Of a DNA stretch of 64,000 nt, positions 12,801-24,800 are shown one piece after another. Source of the stretch: Lingula anatina (taxonomy: Eukaryota; Animalia; Brachiopoda). The stretch spans positions 7,440,001-7,504,000 of the forward strand of contig CM120641.1 in assembly GCA_051362555.1 (NCBI GenBank), read 5' to 3'. The translations under genes and the position numbers were made by a program. Within the stretch, counting starts at the first letter, position 1. Each line of letters begins with the position of its first letter. The notes below the pieces were generated by a model. The model did not search any database. It saw nothing but the letters and a program-made list of their open reading frames with translations, and was not told where the DNA came from.

Positions 12801-15800
12801 ATAACCAAAAAGTATGTTTCAACTTAAACAGGTTTTAATATTTAATATTCTAAGAAATAATTTACTCTTAATAACTTAAATGCTTTACTAAGTACAGTTG
12901 CAATACTTAAACAATAGTTATATCATAAAATAAACCTAATCAAAACAGATGCATCCATGCACCCATGCACAAACACTCATAGACACACATGCAGAGCACT
13001 TACCCTGGATACACTTGGACAAATCCCTAAGGTTGAAGATGTAGTGTGACTTGGCTGGTGTGGGCAGGAGATCAGTACTCATACGGTTATAGATCTCCAC
13101 AGCAGCTCCTACTATACCCTCAGCACACTGCTTCACAGCTGCTGGGAAGTCAGACAGGAATCCTGTCAGAATGGCCTGGAAAATAAATTTTATAATCATT
13201 TCATTTACATTGCAAAAACTGCAAGGATATTTCAGTCCTTACATTTATAATTTTAGCTTCAGTCCAAAATTTGTTTTTTAGTACTTCAAATAATCATTCA
13301 AGCATACAAGAGGAAAATGGTAATTAAATCAATTCGGGACCAAATTATGGATATTTTTGCTTACTAGATATGTTTTGTTATAAAAACATAATACAATGAC
13401 ATAATTATCTTTTCTTCTCTCCCTACCTTAAACATGTGCTTCAGTGTGTGTTCAGCAGGTGTGGGAATGGTGAACATGCTGAAGTGACGTATGAAACGTG
13501 GTGTCACAGGGTTACGTCCTCCTCCTGGTGGTGCACACGCTGCACAGATTATCACGTCCTGAAGAGGAAAACTAGAGGATCAGAGAGGCGATACCGCCTC
13601 CAAATATTGTACCACCAGCTGGAGCAAACGCATTCATATAGACCCCCACATACACAAAATAAGGGACACAGCCGCCAGTTTTGTGCTTGACAAGCTGTAA
13701 AAATGCAATCAACAAGAATTTTTAAACTATTGCAAAAAATATATATGGTACAATCAAATTTAAGTTCTTCGTAAGGTAGGTCAAGGGTCAATTTCAAGGT
13801 CACAGTAAATTGCCAGTATATGACTTCCTATTCAAGTTCAAGAGTAACTATGGACCTATCTCTGTCAAGTTTAAAGTTAAAAGAGAAAGAAATTAGCAGA
13901 GTTCAGTTCATGATAAAAAGTAGGTCAAAGGTCAATTTCAAGGTCACACTTAGATTGCCAGTATAGGACTTTCTTTTCAACTTCAATAGTAACTATGGAC
14001 CTATCTCAGCCAGTTTTGGAGATAAAAGGGAAGCAAAATTTGCAAAATTCAGTTCATGGTGAAAAGTAGGTCAAAGGTCAATTTCAAGGTCACATTTAGA
14101 TTGCCAGTATATGACTTTCTATTCAAGTTCAATAGTAACTATGGACCTATCTCTGCCAGTTTTGGAGATAAAAGGGAAGCAAAATTTGCAAAGTTCAGTT
14201 TATGGTGAAAAGTAGGTCAAAGGTCAATTTTAATGTCACATTTATAATGCCAGTATATGACTTCCTATTCAAGTTCAATAGTAACTACGGACCTATCTCA
14301 GCCAGTTTTGGAGATAAAAGGAAAGCAAAATTTGCAAAATTCAGTTCATGGTGTAAAGTAGGTCAAAGGTCAATTTTAAGGTCACATTTAGATTGCCAGT
14401 ATATGACTTCCTTTTCAAGTTCAATAGTAACTATGGACCTATCTCAGCCAGTTTTCGAGAAAAAAGGGAAGAAAAGTTTGCAAAGTTCAGTTCATGGTGA
14501 AAAGTAGGTCAAAGGTCAATTTCAAGGTCACATTTAGATTGCCAGTATATGACTTCCTATTCAAGTTCAATAGCAACTATGGACCTATCTCTGCCAGTTT
14601 TGGAGATAAAAGGGAAGCAAAATTTGCAAAGTTCAGTTTATGGTGAAAAGTAGGTCAAAGGTCAATTTTAAGGTCACATTTAGATTGCCAGTATATGACT
14701 TCCTATTCAAGTTCAATAGTAACTACGGACCTATCTCAGCCAGTTTTGGAGATAAAAGGAAAGCAAAATTTGCAAAATTCAGTTCATGGTGTAAAGTAGG
14801 TCAAAGGTCAATTTTAAGGTCACATTTAGATTGCCAGTATATGACTTACTTTTCAAGTTCAATAGTAACTATAGACCTATCTCAGCCAGTTTTGGAGATA
14901 AAAGGGAAGAAAAGTTTGCAAAGTTCAGTTCATGGTGAAAAGTAGGTCAAAGGTCAATTTCTAGGTCACATTTAGATTGCCAGTATATGACTTCCTATTC
15001 AAGTTCAATAGTAACTATCGACCTATCTCTGCCAGTTTTGGAGATAAATGGGAAGCAAAATTTGCAAAGTTCAGTTTATGGTGAAAAGTAGGTCAAAGGT
15101 CAATTTTAAGGTCACATTTAGATTGCCAGTATATGACTTTCTATTCAAGTTCAATAGTAACTATGGACCTATCTCAGCCAGTTTTGGAGATAAAAGGAAA
15201 GCAAAATTTGCAAAATTCAGTTCATGGTGTAAAGTAGGTCAAAGGTCAATTTTAAGGTCACATTTAGATTGCCAGTATATGACTTCCTATTCAACTTCAA
15301 TAGTAACTACAGACCTATCTCTGCCAGTTTTGGAGATAAAAGGGAAGAAAAATTTGCAAAGTTCAGTTTATGGTGAAAAGTAGGTCAAAGGTCAATTTTA
15401 AGGTCACATTTAGATTGCCAGTATATGACTTCCTATTCAAGTTCAATAGTAACTACGGACCTATCTCAGCCAGTTTTGGAGATAAAAGGAAAGCAAAATT
15501 TGCAGAATTCAGTTCATGGTGAAAAGTAGGTCAAAGGTCAATTTTAAGGTCACATTTAAATTGCCAGTATATGACTTCCTATTCAAGTTCAATAGAAACT
15601 ATGGACCTATCTCTGCCAGTTTTGGAGATAAAAGGGAAGCAAAATTTGCAAAGTTCAGTTAATGGTGAAAAGTAGGTCAAAGGTCAATTTTAAGGTCACA
15701 TTTAAATTGCCAGTATATGACTTCCTATTCAAGTTCAATAGAAACTATGGACCTATCTCTGCCAGTTTTGGAGATAAAAGGGAAGCAAAATTTGCAAAGT

Positions 15801-18800
15801 TCAGTTAATGGTGAAAAGTAGGTCAAAGGTCAATTTTAAGGTCACATTTAAATTGCCAGTATATGACTTTCTATTCAACTTCAATAGTAACTATGGACCT
15901 ATCTCTTCCAGTTTTGGAGATATAAGGGAAGCAAAATTTGCAAAGTTCAGTTAATGGTGAAAAGTAGGTCAAAGGTCAATTTTAAGGTCACATTTAGATT
16001 GCCAGTATATGACTTCCTTTTCAAGTTCAATAGTAACTATGGACCTATCTCAGCCAGTTTTCGAGATAAAAGGGAAGAAAAGTTTGCAAAGTTCAGTTCA
16101 TGGTGAAAAGTAGGTCAAAGGTCAATTTTAAGGTCACATTTAAATTGCCAGTATATGACTTCCTATTCAAGTTCAATAGAAACTATGGACCTATCTCTGC
16201 CAGTTTTGGAGATAAAAGGGAAGCAAAATTTGCAAAGTTCAGTTTATGGTGAAAAGTAGGTCAAAGGTCAATTTTAAGGTCACATTTAGATTGCCAGTAT
16301 ATGACTTCCTATTCAACTTCAATAGTAACTACGGACCTATCTCAGCCAGTTTTGGAGATAAAAGGAAAGCAAAATTTGCAAAATTCAGTTCATGGTGTAA
16401 AGTAGGTCAAAGGTCAATTTTAAGGTCACATTTAGATTGCCAGTATATGACTTCCTTTTCAAGTTCAATAGTAACTACGGACCTATCTCAGCCAGTTTTG
16501 GAGATAAAAGGAAAGCAAAATTTGCAAAATTCAGTTCATGGTGTAAAGTAGGTCAAAGGTCAATTTTAAGGTCACATTTAGATTGCCAGTATATGACTTC
16601 CTATTCAACTTCAATAGTAACTACGGACCTATCTCTGCCAGTTTTGGAGATAAAAGGGAAGAAAAATTTGCAAAGTTCAGTTTATGGTGAAAAGTAGGTC
16701 AAAGGTCAATTTTAAGGTCACATTTAGATTGCCAGTATATGACTTCCTTTTCAAGTTCAATAGTAACTATGGACCTATCTCAGCCAGTTTTCGAGATAAA
16801 AGGGAAGAAAAGTTTGCAAAGTTCAGTTCATGGTGAAAAGTAGGTCAAAGGTCAATTTTAAGGTCACATTTAAATTGCCAGTATATGACTTCCTATTCAA
16901 GTTCAATAGAAACTATGGACCTATCTCTGCCAGTTTTGGAGATAAAAGGGAAGCAAAATTTGCAAAGTTCAGTTTATGGTGAAAAGTAGGTCAAAGGTCA
17001 ATTTTAAGGTCACATTTAGATTGCCAGTATATGACTTCCTATTCAACTTCAATAGTAACTACGGACCTATCTCAGCCAGTTTTGGAGATAAAAGGAAAGC
17101 AAAATTTGCAAAATTCAGTTCATGGTGTAAAGTAGGTCAAAGGTCAATTTTAAGGTCACATTTAGATTGCCAGTATATGACTTCCTTTTCAAGTTCAATA
17201 GTAACTACGGACCTATCTCAGCCAGTTTTGGAGATAAAAGGAAAGCAAAATTTGCAAAATTCAGTTCATGGTGTAAAGTAGGTCAAAGGTCAATTTTAAG
17301 GTCACATTTAGATTGCCAGTATATGACTTCCTATTCAACTTCAATAGTAACTACGGACCTATCTCTGCCAGTTTTGGAGATAAAAGGGAAGAAAAATTTG
17401 CAAAGTTCAGTTTATGGTGAAAAGTAGGTCAAAGGTCAATTTTAAGGTCACATTTAGATTGCCAGTATATGACTTCCTTTTCAAGTTCAATAGTAACTAC
17501 GGACCTATCTCAGCCAGTTTTGGAGATAAAAGGAAAGCAAAATTTGCAGAATTCAGTTCATGGTGAAAAGAAGGTCAAAGGTCAATTTTAATGTCACATA
17601 TAGATTGCCAGTATATGACTTCCTATTCAAGTTCAATAGTAACTACGGACATATCTCTGCCAGTTTTGGAGATAAAAGGAAAGCAAAATTTGCAAAATTC
17701 AGTTCATGGTGTAAAGTAGGTCAAAGGTCAATTTAAAGGTCACATTTAGATTGCCAGTATATGACTTCCTATTCAAGTTCAATAGTAACTATGGACCTAT
17801 CTCTGCCAGTTTTGGAGATAAAAGGGAAGAAAAATTTGCAAAGTTCAGTTCATGGTGAAAAGTAGGTCAAAGGTCAATTTCAAGGTCATAGTAAGATTGC
17901 CAGTATATGACTTCCTATTCAACTTCAATAGTAACTATGGACCTATCTCTGCCAGTTTTGGAGATATAAGGGACTAGATGTTATAATTTTGGAGTTACCA
18001 TAATGTGCCTTAAATTTCGTACAGAAAAAATTAATTAAAATAAAGAAAATGTCATTTTGGTCAAAATTCTTGAAATAGGAGGTGCTCTGAAGTTTCAGAA
18101 GTTCAAATTTGATGAAATAATGTCATTTTTGAACACAAGTTGTCTGCTTTGCCAAGCCTTATGTTTTATTGTACCACCAGCGTGAGCGCTGGCGGTACAC
18201 ATGGTTTTAGTCCCATCCGGTCCGTTCCGCCGGCTCCGCCGGCTCCGCCGCCATGTTACCGTTACCGCTTCTCCTCCTAGACGGTAAGGGCCCCCATACC
18301 CATCTCTTGGATTTAGGTCACCTATAATCTCAACTCGTTCCATGTAAAATTTGGGCTTTGTCGGTATTGGGGTCTAGGTGTAGCACTCATTGCAATGCAC
18401 CCTTGTCCAAAAATGGCAAAATTAAATGCTAATTATCTACCCTACGGAAGGAATTATGGGAAAAATTTCTACAGACGGCTTTCCAAAAGTCATATGTGTA
18501 GATTTCAAATATGCCCTTGGATTTGACCTTTGACCTTTATTTCAAGGTCAAACGGGCCAAAATTTTCAAAAAAATGAATTTTTTTTTCGAAAAAAAAATT
18601 TATTTGCGCTGTTATTCAGACACCACACAGACTTAACCAATAATATTATTGGAAAATGTTACCCTTCAGGTCATCTTTCATCTGTGTGAATTTGGGGTCA
18701 ATCAGTGCATTTTCACGGGTGTAGCGGCCATAAGATACCAAAACTGAAAACTGTCTCTAATTCGGGAACCGTTAATGCTAGAGACCCATTCTTTTTTGCA

Positions 18801-21800
18801 TTTTGTAGAGCATGTAAAGCCCAACACTGGAGGTGGTCTCCGTTTTTTTGTATTCCATACGGTTTTCGAGTTACGCTGTATCAAAAAGTACATATTGGTG
18901 GTGAAAGCAAAATGTGCAGTACGGTAATGGATAATAAATTTTGAACTCCGATAAAATAAAACATAAGGCTTGGCAAAGCAGACAACTTGTGGTCAAAAAT
19001 GACATTATTTCATCAAATTTGAACTTCTGGAACTTCAGATCACCTCCCATTTCAAGAATTTTGACCAAAATGACCTTTTCTTTATTTTAATTAATTTTTT
19101 CTGTAGGAAATTTATGGCACATTAAGGTAACTCCAAAATTATAACATTTAGTCCCTTATATCTCCAAAACTGGCAGAGATAGGTCCATAGTTACTATTGA
19201 AGTTGAATAGGAAGTCATATACTGGCAATCTTACTGTGACCTTGAAATTGACCTTTGACCTACTTTTCACCATGAACTGAACTTTGGAAATTTTGCTTCC
19301 CTTTTATCTCCAAAACTAGCAGAGATAGGTCCATAGTTACTATTGAAGTTGAATAGGAAGTCATATACTGGCAATCTAAATGTGACCTTTAAATTGACCT
19401 TTGACCTACTTTTCACCATGAACTGAACTCTGCTAATTTCTTTCTCTTTTAACTCCAAACCTGGCAGAGATAGGTCCATAGTTACTATTGAAGTTGAATA
19501 GGAAGTCATATACTGGCAATCTAAATATGACCTTGAAATTGACCTTTGACCTACTTTTTATCATGAATTGAACTTTGCAAATTTTGGTTCCCTTTTATCT
19601 CCAAAACTGGCAGAGATAGGTCCATAGTTTCTATTGAACTTGAATATGAAGTCATATACTGGCAATCTAAATGTGACCTTGAAATTGACCTTTGACCTAC
19701 TTTTCACCATGAACTGAATTTTGGAAATTTTGCTTCCCTTTTATCTCCAAAACTAGCAGAGATAGGTCTATAGTTACTATTGAAGTTGAATAGGAAGTCA
19801 TATACTGGCAATCTAAATGTGACCTTAAAATTGACCTTTGACCTACTTTTCACCATGAACTGAACTCTGCTAATTTCTTTCTCTTTTAACTCCAAACCTG
19901 GCAGAGATAGGTCCATAGTTACTATTGAAGTTGAATAGGAAGTCATATACTGGCAATCTAAATGTGACCTTGAAATTGACCTTTGACCTACTTTTTATCA
20001 TGAATTGAACTTTGCAAATTTTGGTTCCCTTTTATCTCCAAAACTGGCAGAGATAGGTCCATAGTTACTATTGAACTTGAATAGGAAGTCATATACTGGC
20101 AATCTAAACGTGACCTTGAAATTGACCTTTGACCTACTTTTTATCATGAATTGAACTTTGCAAATTTTGGTTCCCTTTTATTTCCAAAACTAGCGAGATA
20201 GGTCCATAGTTACTATTGAAGTTGAATAGGAAGTCATATACTGGCAATCTAAATGTGACCTTGAAATTGACCTTTGACCTACTTTTTATCATGAATTGAA
20301 CTTTGCAAATTTTGGTTCCCTTTTATCTCCAAAACTGGCAGAGATAGGTCCATAGTTACTATTGAACTTGAATAGGAAGTCATATACTGGCAATCTAAAC
20401 GTGACCTTGAAATTGACCTTTGACCTACTTTTTATCATGAATTGAACTTTGCAAATTTTGGTTCCCTTTTATTTCCAAAACTAGCGAGATAGGTCCATAG
20501 TTACTATTGAAGTTGAATAGGAAGTCATATACTGGCAATCTAAGTGTGACCTTGAAATTGACCTTTGACCTACTTATAATCATGAACTGAACTCTGCAAA
20601 TTTCTTTCTCTTTTAACTCCAAACCTGGCAGAGATAGGTCCATAGTTACTATTGAAGTTGAATAGGAAGTCATATACTGGAAATTTACTGTGACCTTGAA
20701 ATTGACCTTTGACCTACCTTACAATGAACTTAACTTTGATTGTACCATTTTAAGTTATATATATTTTTTGCGTATTTTGAAAATTCTTGTTGATTGCATT
20801 TTTACAGCTTGTCAAGCATAAGACTAGTGGCTGTGTCCCTTATTTTGCGTATGTGGGGGTCTATACGAATGCGCTTGCTCCAGCTGGTGGTACAATATTC
20901 GGAGGCGGTATCGCCTCTCTGATCCTCTAGTTTTTCCAGAGTTCAAAATTTATTATCCATTACCGTACTGCACATTTTGCTTTTACCACCAATATGTACT
21001 TTTTGATACAGCGTAACTCGAAAACCGTATGGAATACAAAAAAACCGAGACCACCTCCAGTGTTGGGCTTTACATGCTCTACTAAATGCAAAAAAGAATG
21101 GGTCTCTAGCATTAACGGTTCCCGAATTAGAGACAGTTTTCAGTTTCAGTATCTTATGGCCGCTACTCCCGTGAAAATGCACCAATTGACCCCAAATTCA
21201 TGGAGATAAAAGATGACCTGAAGGGTAACACTTTCCAATAATATTATTGGTTAAGTCTGTGTGGTGTCTGAATAACAGGGCAAAAAAATTTTTTTTCGTA
21301 AAAAATTTCATTTTTTTGAAAATTTTGGCCCATTTGACCTTGAAGTAGAGGTCAAAGGTCAAATCCAAGGGTATATTTGAAATCTACACATATGACTTTT
21401 GGAAAGCCGTCTATAGAAATTTTTCCCATAACTCCTTCCGTAGGGTAGATAATTAGCATTTAATTTTGCCATTTTTAGACAAGGGTGCATTGCAATGAGT
21501 GCCACACCCAGACCCCAATACCGACAAAGCCCAAATTTTACGTGGAACGAGTTGAGATTATAGGTGACCTAAATCCATGAGATGGGTACGGGGGCCCTTA
21601 CCGTCTAGGAGGAGAAGCGGTAACGGTAGCCGTCCGGCGGAGCCGGCGGAGCCAACGGAGCCGGCGGAGCCGGCGGAGCCGGCGGAACGATCCGGACGGG
21701 ACCGAAACCATGTGTACCGCCAGCGCTAACGCTGGTGGTACAATAAAATGTTGGATTCTAATATCCCACATTGCTCAAAATGTTTAAAATTCAAACTAAG

Positions 21801-24800
21801 TAGGTTGCATGGGCGATATGCAATTTCAATTTTTTTTAGTTTCAGTGAATACATAATTCAGTAGTCTGGCAAACTTTTTCATATATCACAAGTTTCATCC
21901 TGTGTTTTCTAGTATGTATCTCTTTGTTAAAAATACAAGAGTGGAAAAATTTATGTGAGAGCAAGGAAAGTGAACAAGGCACAATGTTAGCATTCTTTTT
22001 CAACCTCTTTCAAAATTTTCCACAATTTCCCACAATGTTAATAGTATAAGCAAAGACTGAGAGTAAAGAAAATCATAGTGTTTCAAAAACACTGAATATA
22101 CCTGAATTTGAATCCAGTAAAGTTTTTCTCTCTCATAGAAGCCATGGAAGTCCTGGTACTGGCGCAGCAGTTCAATGGGGGGCTGAGAGCCATATGTGTC
22201 CAGCTTTGGCATGTTCAAGTCATCCACAAAGATTACTACACGTTTATCTTTTGGTGCACCTGTTGTTGAAATAGAGTAAAAAAATATATATAGTTTTTAG
22301 GGAGAAAATTGATTTTACTTAATGTTTATAACACAGAAAAGTCTTACCTAATCACAACAATAGCAAATAAAAAAAAACAAACAAAAAAACTACTTATGCA
22401 ACAAAATACCCGACACATTACTAACACATTCTGCAATATCAAATCAAACTTAGAAGTCACATGAACAAAACCCTATTTCATAAAACAATTCTCCATTTAA
22501 ATCAATATCAATTTTAGTTAAAAGTTACCCAGAATTGTCTTCCTCTTCTTTTCCAGTTTGCCTTCAATCATCTCCTGTGTTCTGTTGCTACTGGTCTGGG
22601 CAGAGAAGTTGATGAAGATGGGGACATAACCCTGTCTGTCTGCTATATTGGTCATGTGACCTCTGGCAATCACAGACTGAAACAAAGTCATGTCAAAATT
22701 AGAAAATCTGAGAAGTCACAGCATATTTCTTATAATCTCATTTTATTTCCTTTCAAAGGCATGGGCTGAACAGATCTGACAAAAAAAAAAAAAAAAAAAA
22801 AAAAGAAAAAAAAATCAACTGAGAAAGTAAAAAGATTTTGTGAACAGTATTTCATTGAAAATTAGTGAATAATCTATTAAAAATATGTAAAGAGATAATT
22901 AGACATCTTTGTCATAAATCTGTTAAAAGTAAAAAAAAAAATGGAAAAGGTTACATCCAAAGATAACACAGTAGCTAAATAAGGGGTAAATACTCACTTT
23001 GCCCACACCAGTAGAGCCAGTGAAAAGCACAGAGTGGTTGACTTTGAGCATTTTTTCCATCAGGTATCCAAACCTGACTGTATCCACGGTTGGGACCAGC
23101 ATTTCAAAGAATGGAACTTCCTTGTTGTACTTGAAGGCAGGAACAATACGCTCCCACAGGTCCATACGACGGGTCTCAAAGTCTACATAGGAACTCCACA
23201 GGTCCCCATTTTGTGGCAACTGCAAAGGGTGAAAAATCAGATTTATTGCATGTTGTAATACTTTCATCAATTAGTTACGGGTTTTAATACTTCTTCTCAA
23301 GATAACAAAACAATGCGCTGACTGAATACCACACAATTAACTTTAAGGTGCTATATTAACACTTGTAGTCCATTCTTTTTTTTTTTTTTTTGCTGCACAC
23401 CACCCTCTCTGAGAATCCTCTATTCACAACTGTCTGATATATAAACATCATACCTTGGCTTCCCCACAGTCCTCAAACTGTGTCCTGACGAATGTGTCAA
23501 AAGCATCCCAGTTGGCATCGATGATGTTGCCACCAATGGACCAGAGATAGCTGAACACAAAGCTTGTGGCAATGAGAGGATGAAGCTTGCCAGGGTCCTG
23601 TCTGAGGTCAGGACCTCCTCTAGTACACAGCAGGGACTCCAATAGCTTACACAAGCTGGTCACTTTGCTGATTTCCACCTGAAATGGGAATCAGTATTAG
23701 AGTTAAATTCTAATGAATAATTTGGCAAAGCAGTACCTGAAAATTTTGCACACAAAGGGTCAGATGTTAAATATTTGTCATTTGAAAAAGTACCAATTTG
23801 TATAAGACCCATATTAATTAATTCTTCGAGCATTTTTACTCTGGTACTTAACACAAGACATAAAAATTCATTTCATAAATGTGTAATGTCTTACCTGGTT
23901 GATAGCCTGAGTGCATTTCTTTTGAATAAATTTCAGTCCATCATCTACATATTTGTTGAAAAGCTCCATGAGGTACTCTACTGTCTCTTCTCGGAAGTGA
24001 TCCTTTACACTGTCCATCCATGTCTTAACATAGGGCAGCCATCTTAACTCTCCAGGGTCAACATACACCATACCACAACTGAATGGAAACAAAAATGTTT
24101 GTTTAAAAAATGTGCATCAAATTGTAACACATAAATACTTCATTTAACCCAACTCCTCAAAGTGTTTCTAGTCTACTTTTAAGTCAAACAAAATGACAAG
24201 ATCTTTAAAACACAGTTCTACATAAAATCCTTACCGACTGACAGTAGCTGGTGATGCAACTGCTAAATCTTGGACCTCAAACACCATGTGCATGTATGGA
24301 GTCAGTTTGATCCTCTCACTGTTGGCCAGACACAACATCTTGTTGTCATCTAATACAGTGTTCATGTTCTCAATCCAGAGAGCATCCACTGGGCCATCAC
24401 ACACCACCCACTGATGATCCTCTGAGGTGTCCTAGAATGGCAATATATGATATATATAAATATTAATAAATTATAATTAATAAAATATATTTCATAAAGT
24501 ATAAATTACAAATAATTGCATGGTCTTGTTCAAATCACTTGTAAGTGAAACAGAGCTAGTATCAAATACAGATGTTAGACCAGCAAATTGTTTTTCCAAA
24601 ATCTATATTTGAAACTAAAACCAATTCAGTTAAAAATGATCTAAATATTGTCCTGTACTCCTATCTTGGTATTTAAAACTAAAACTGTTACAGTGATACC
24701 TGACATGAACTGTGCCCATGGTCTAACTGTCCCATCAAAACTAAGGACATTTCAGTTGAAATTGATGTGAACCTTGCCTGTGACCTACCTGTACTCCTGT

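Larger units (their letters stand above)
13572..21744 (-). mobile_element. Non-autonomous Helentron/HINE-type element (outer copy), interrupted by a second copy
   Basis: 5' end (minus strand): TTTT-ATTGTACCACCAGC with a partial hairpin and a (CCGCCGGCT)n microsatellite, 21635-21744. 3' end: inverted subTIR (13606-13619), stem-loop GAGGCG-gtat-CGCCTC (13585-13600), then CTAG-TTTT. Inserted in a T-run with no TSD. Carries an internal satellite array. Confidence 0.8.

Noticed and set aside
14202-17427. Repeated 86-111 aa ORFs ([21 protein letters not shown]...)
   Set aside because: They are translations of the 146-bp satellite. The unit length is not a multiple of 3, so the frames cycle, and there is no protein-like signal.
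13775-20720. CRISPR-like array
   Set aside because: The units are contiguous near-identical monomers with no unique spacers, the context is a eukaryotic intron, and there are no cas genes.
18095-21209. Short ORFs in the HINE unique region as a Rep/helicase remnant
   Set aside because: No HUH or PIF1 helicase motifs were recognised, and the ORFs are under 90 aa.
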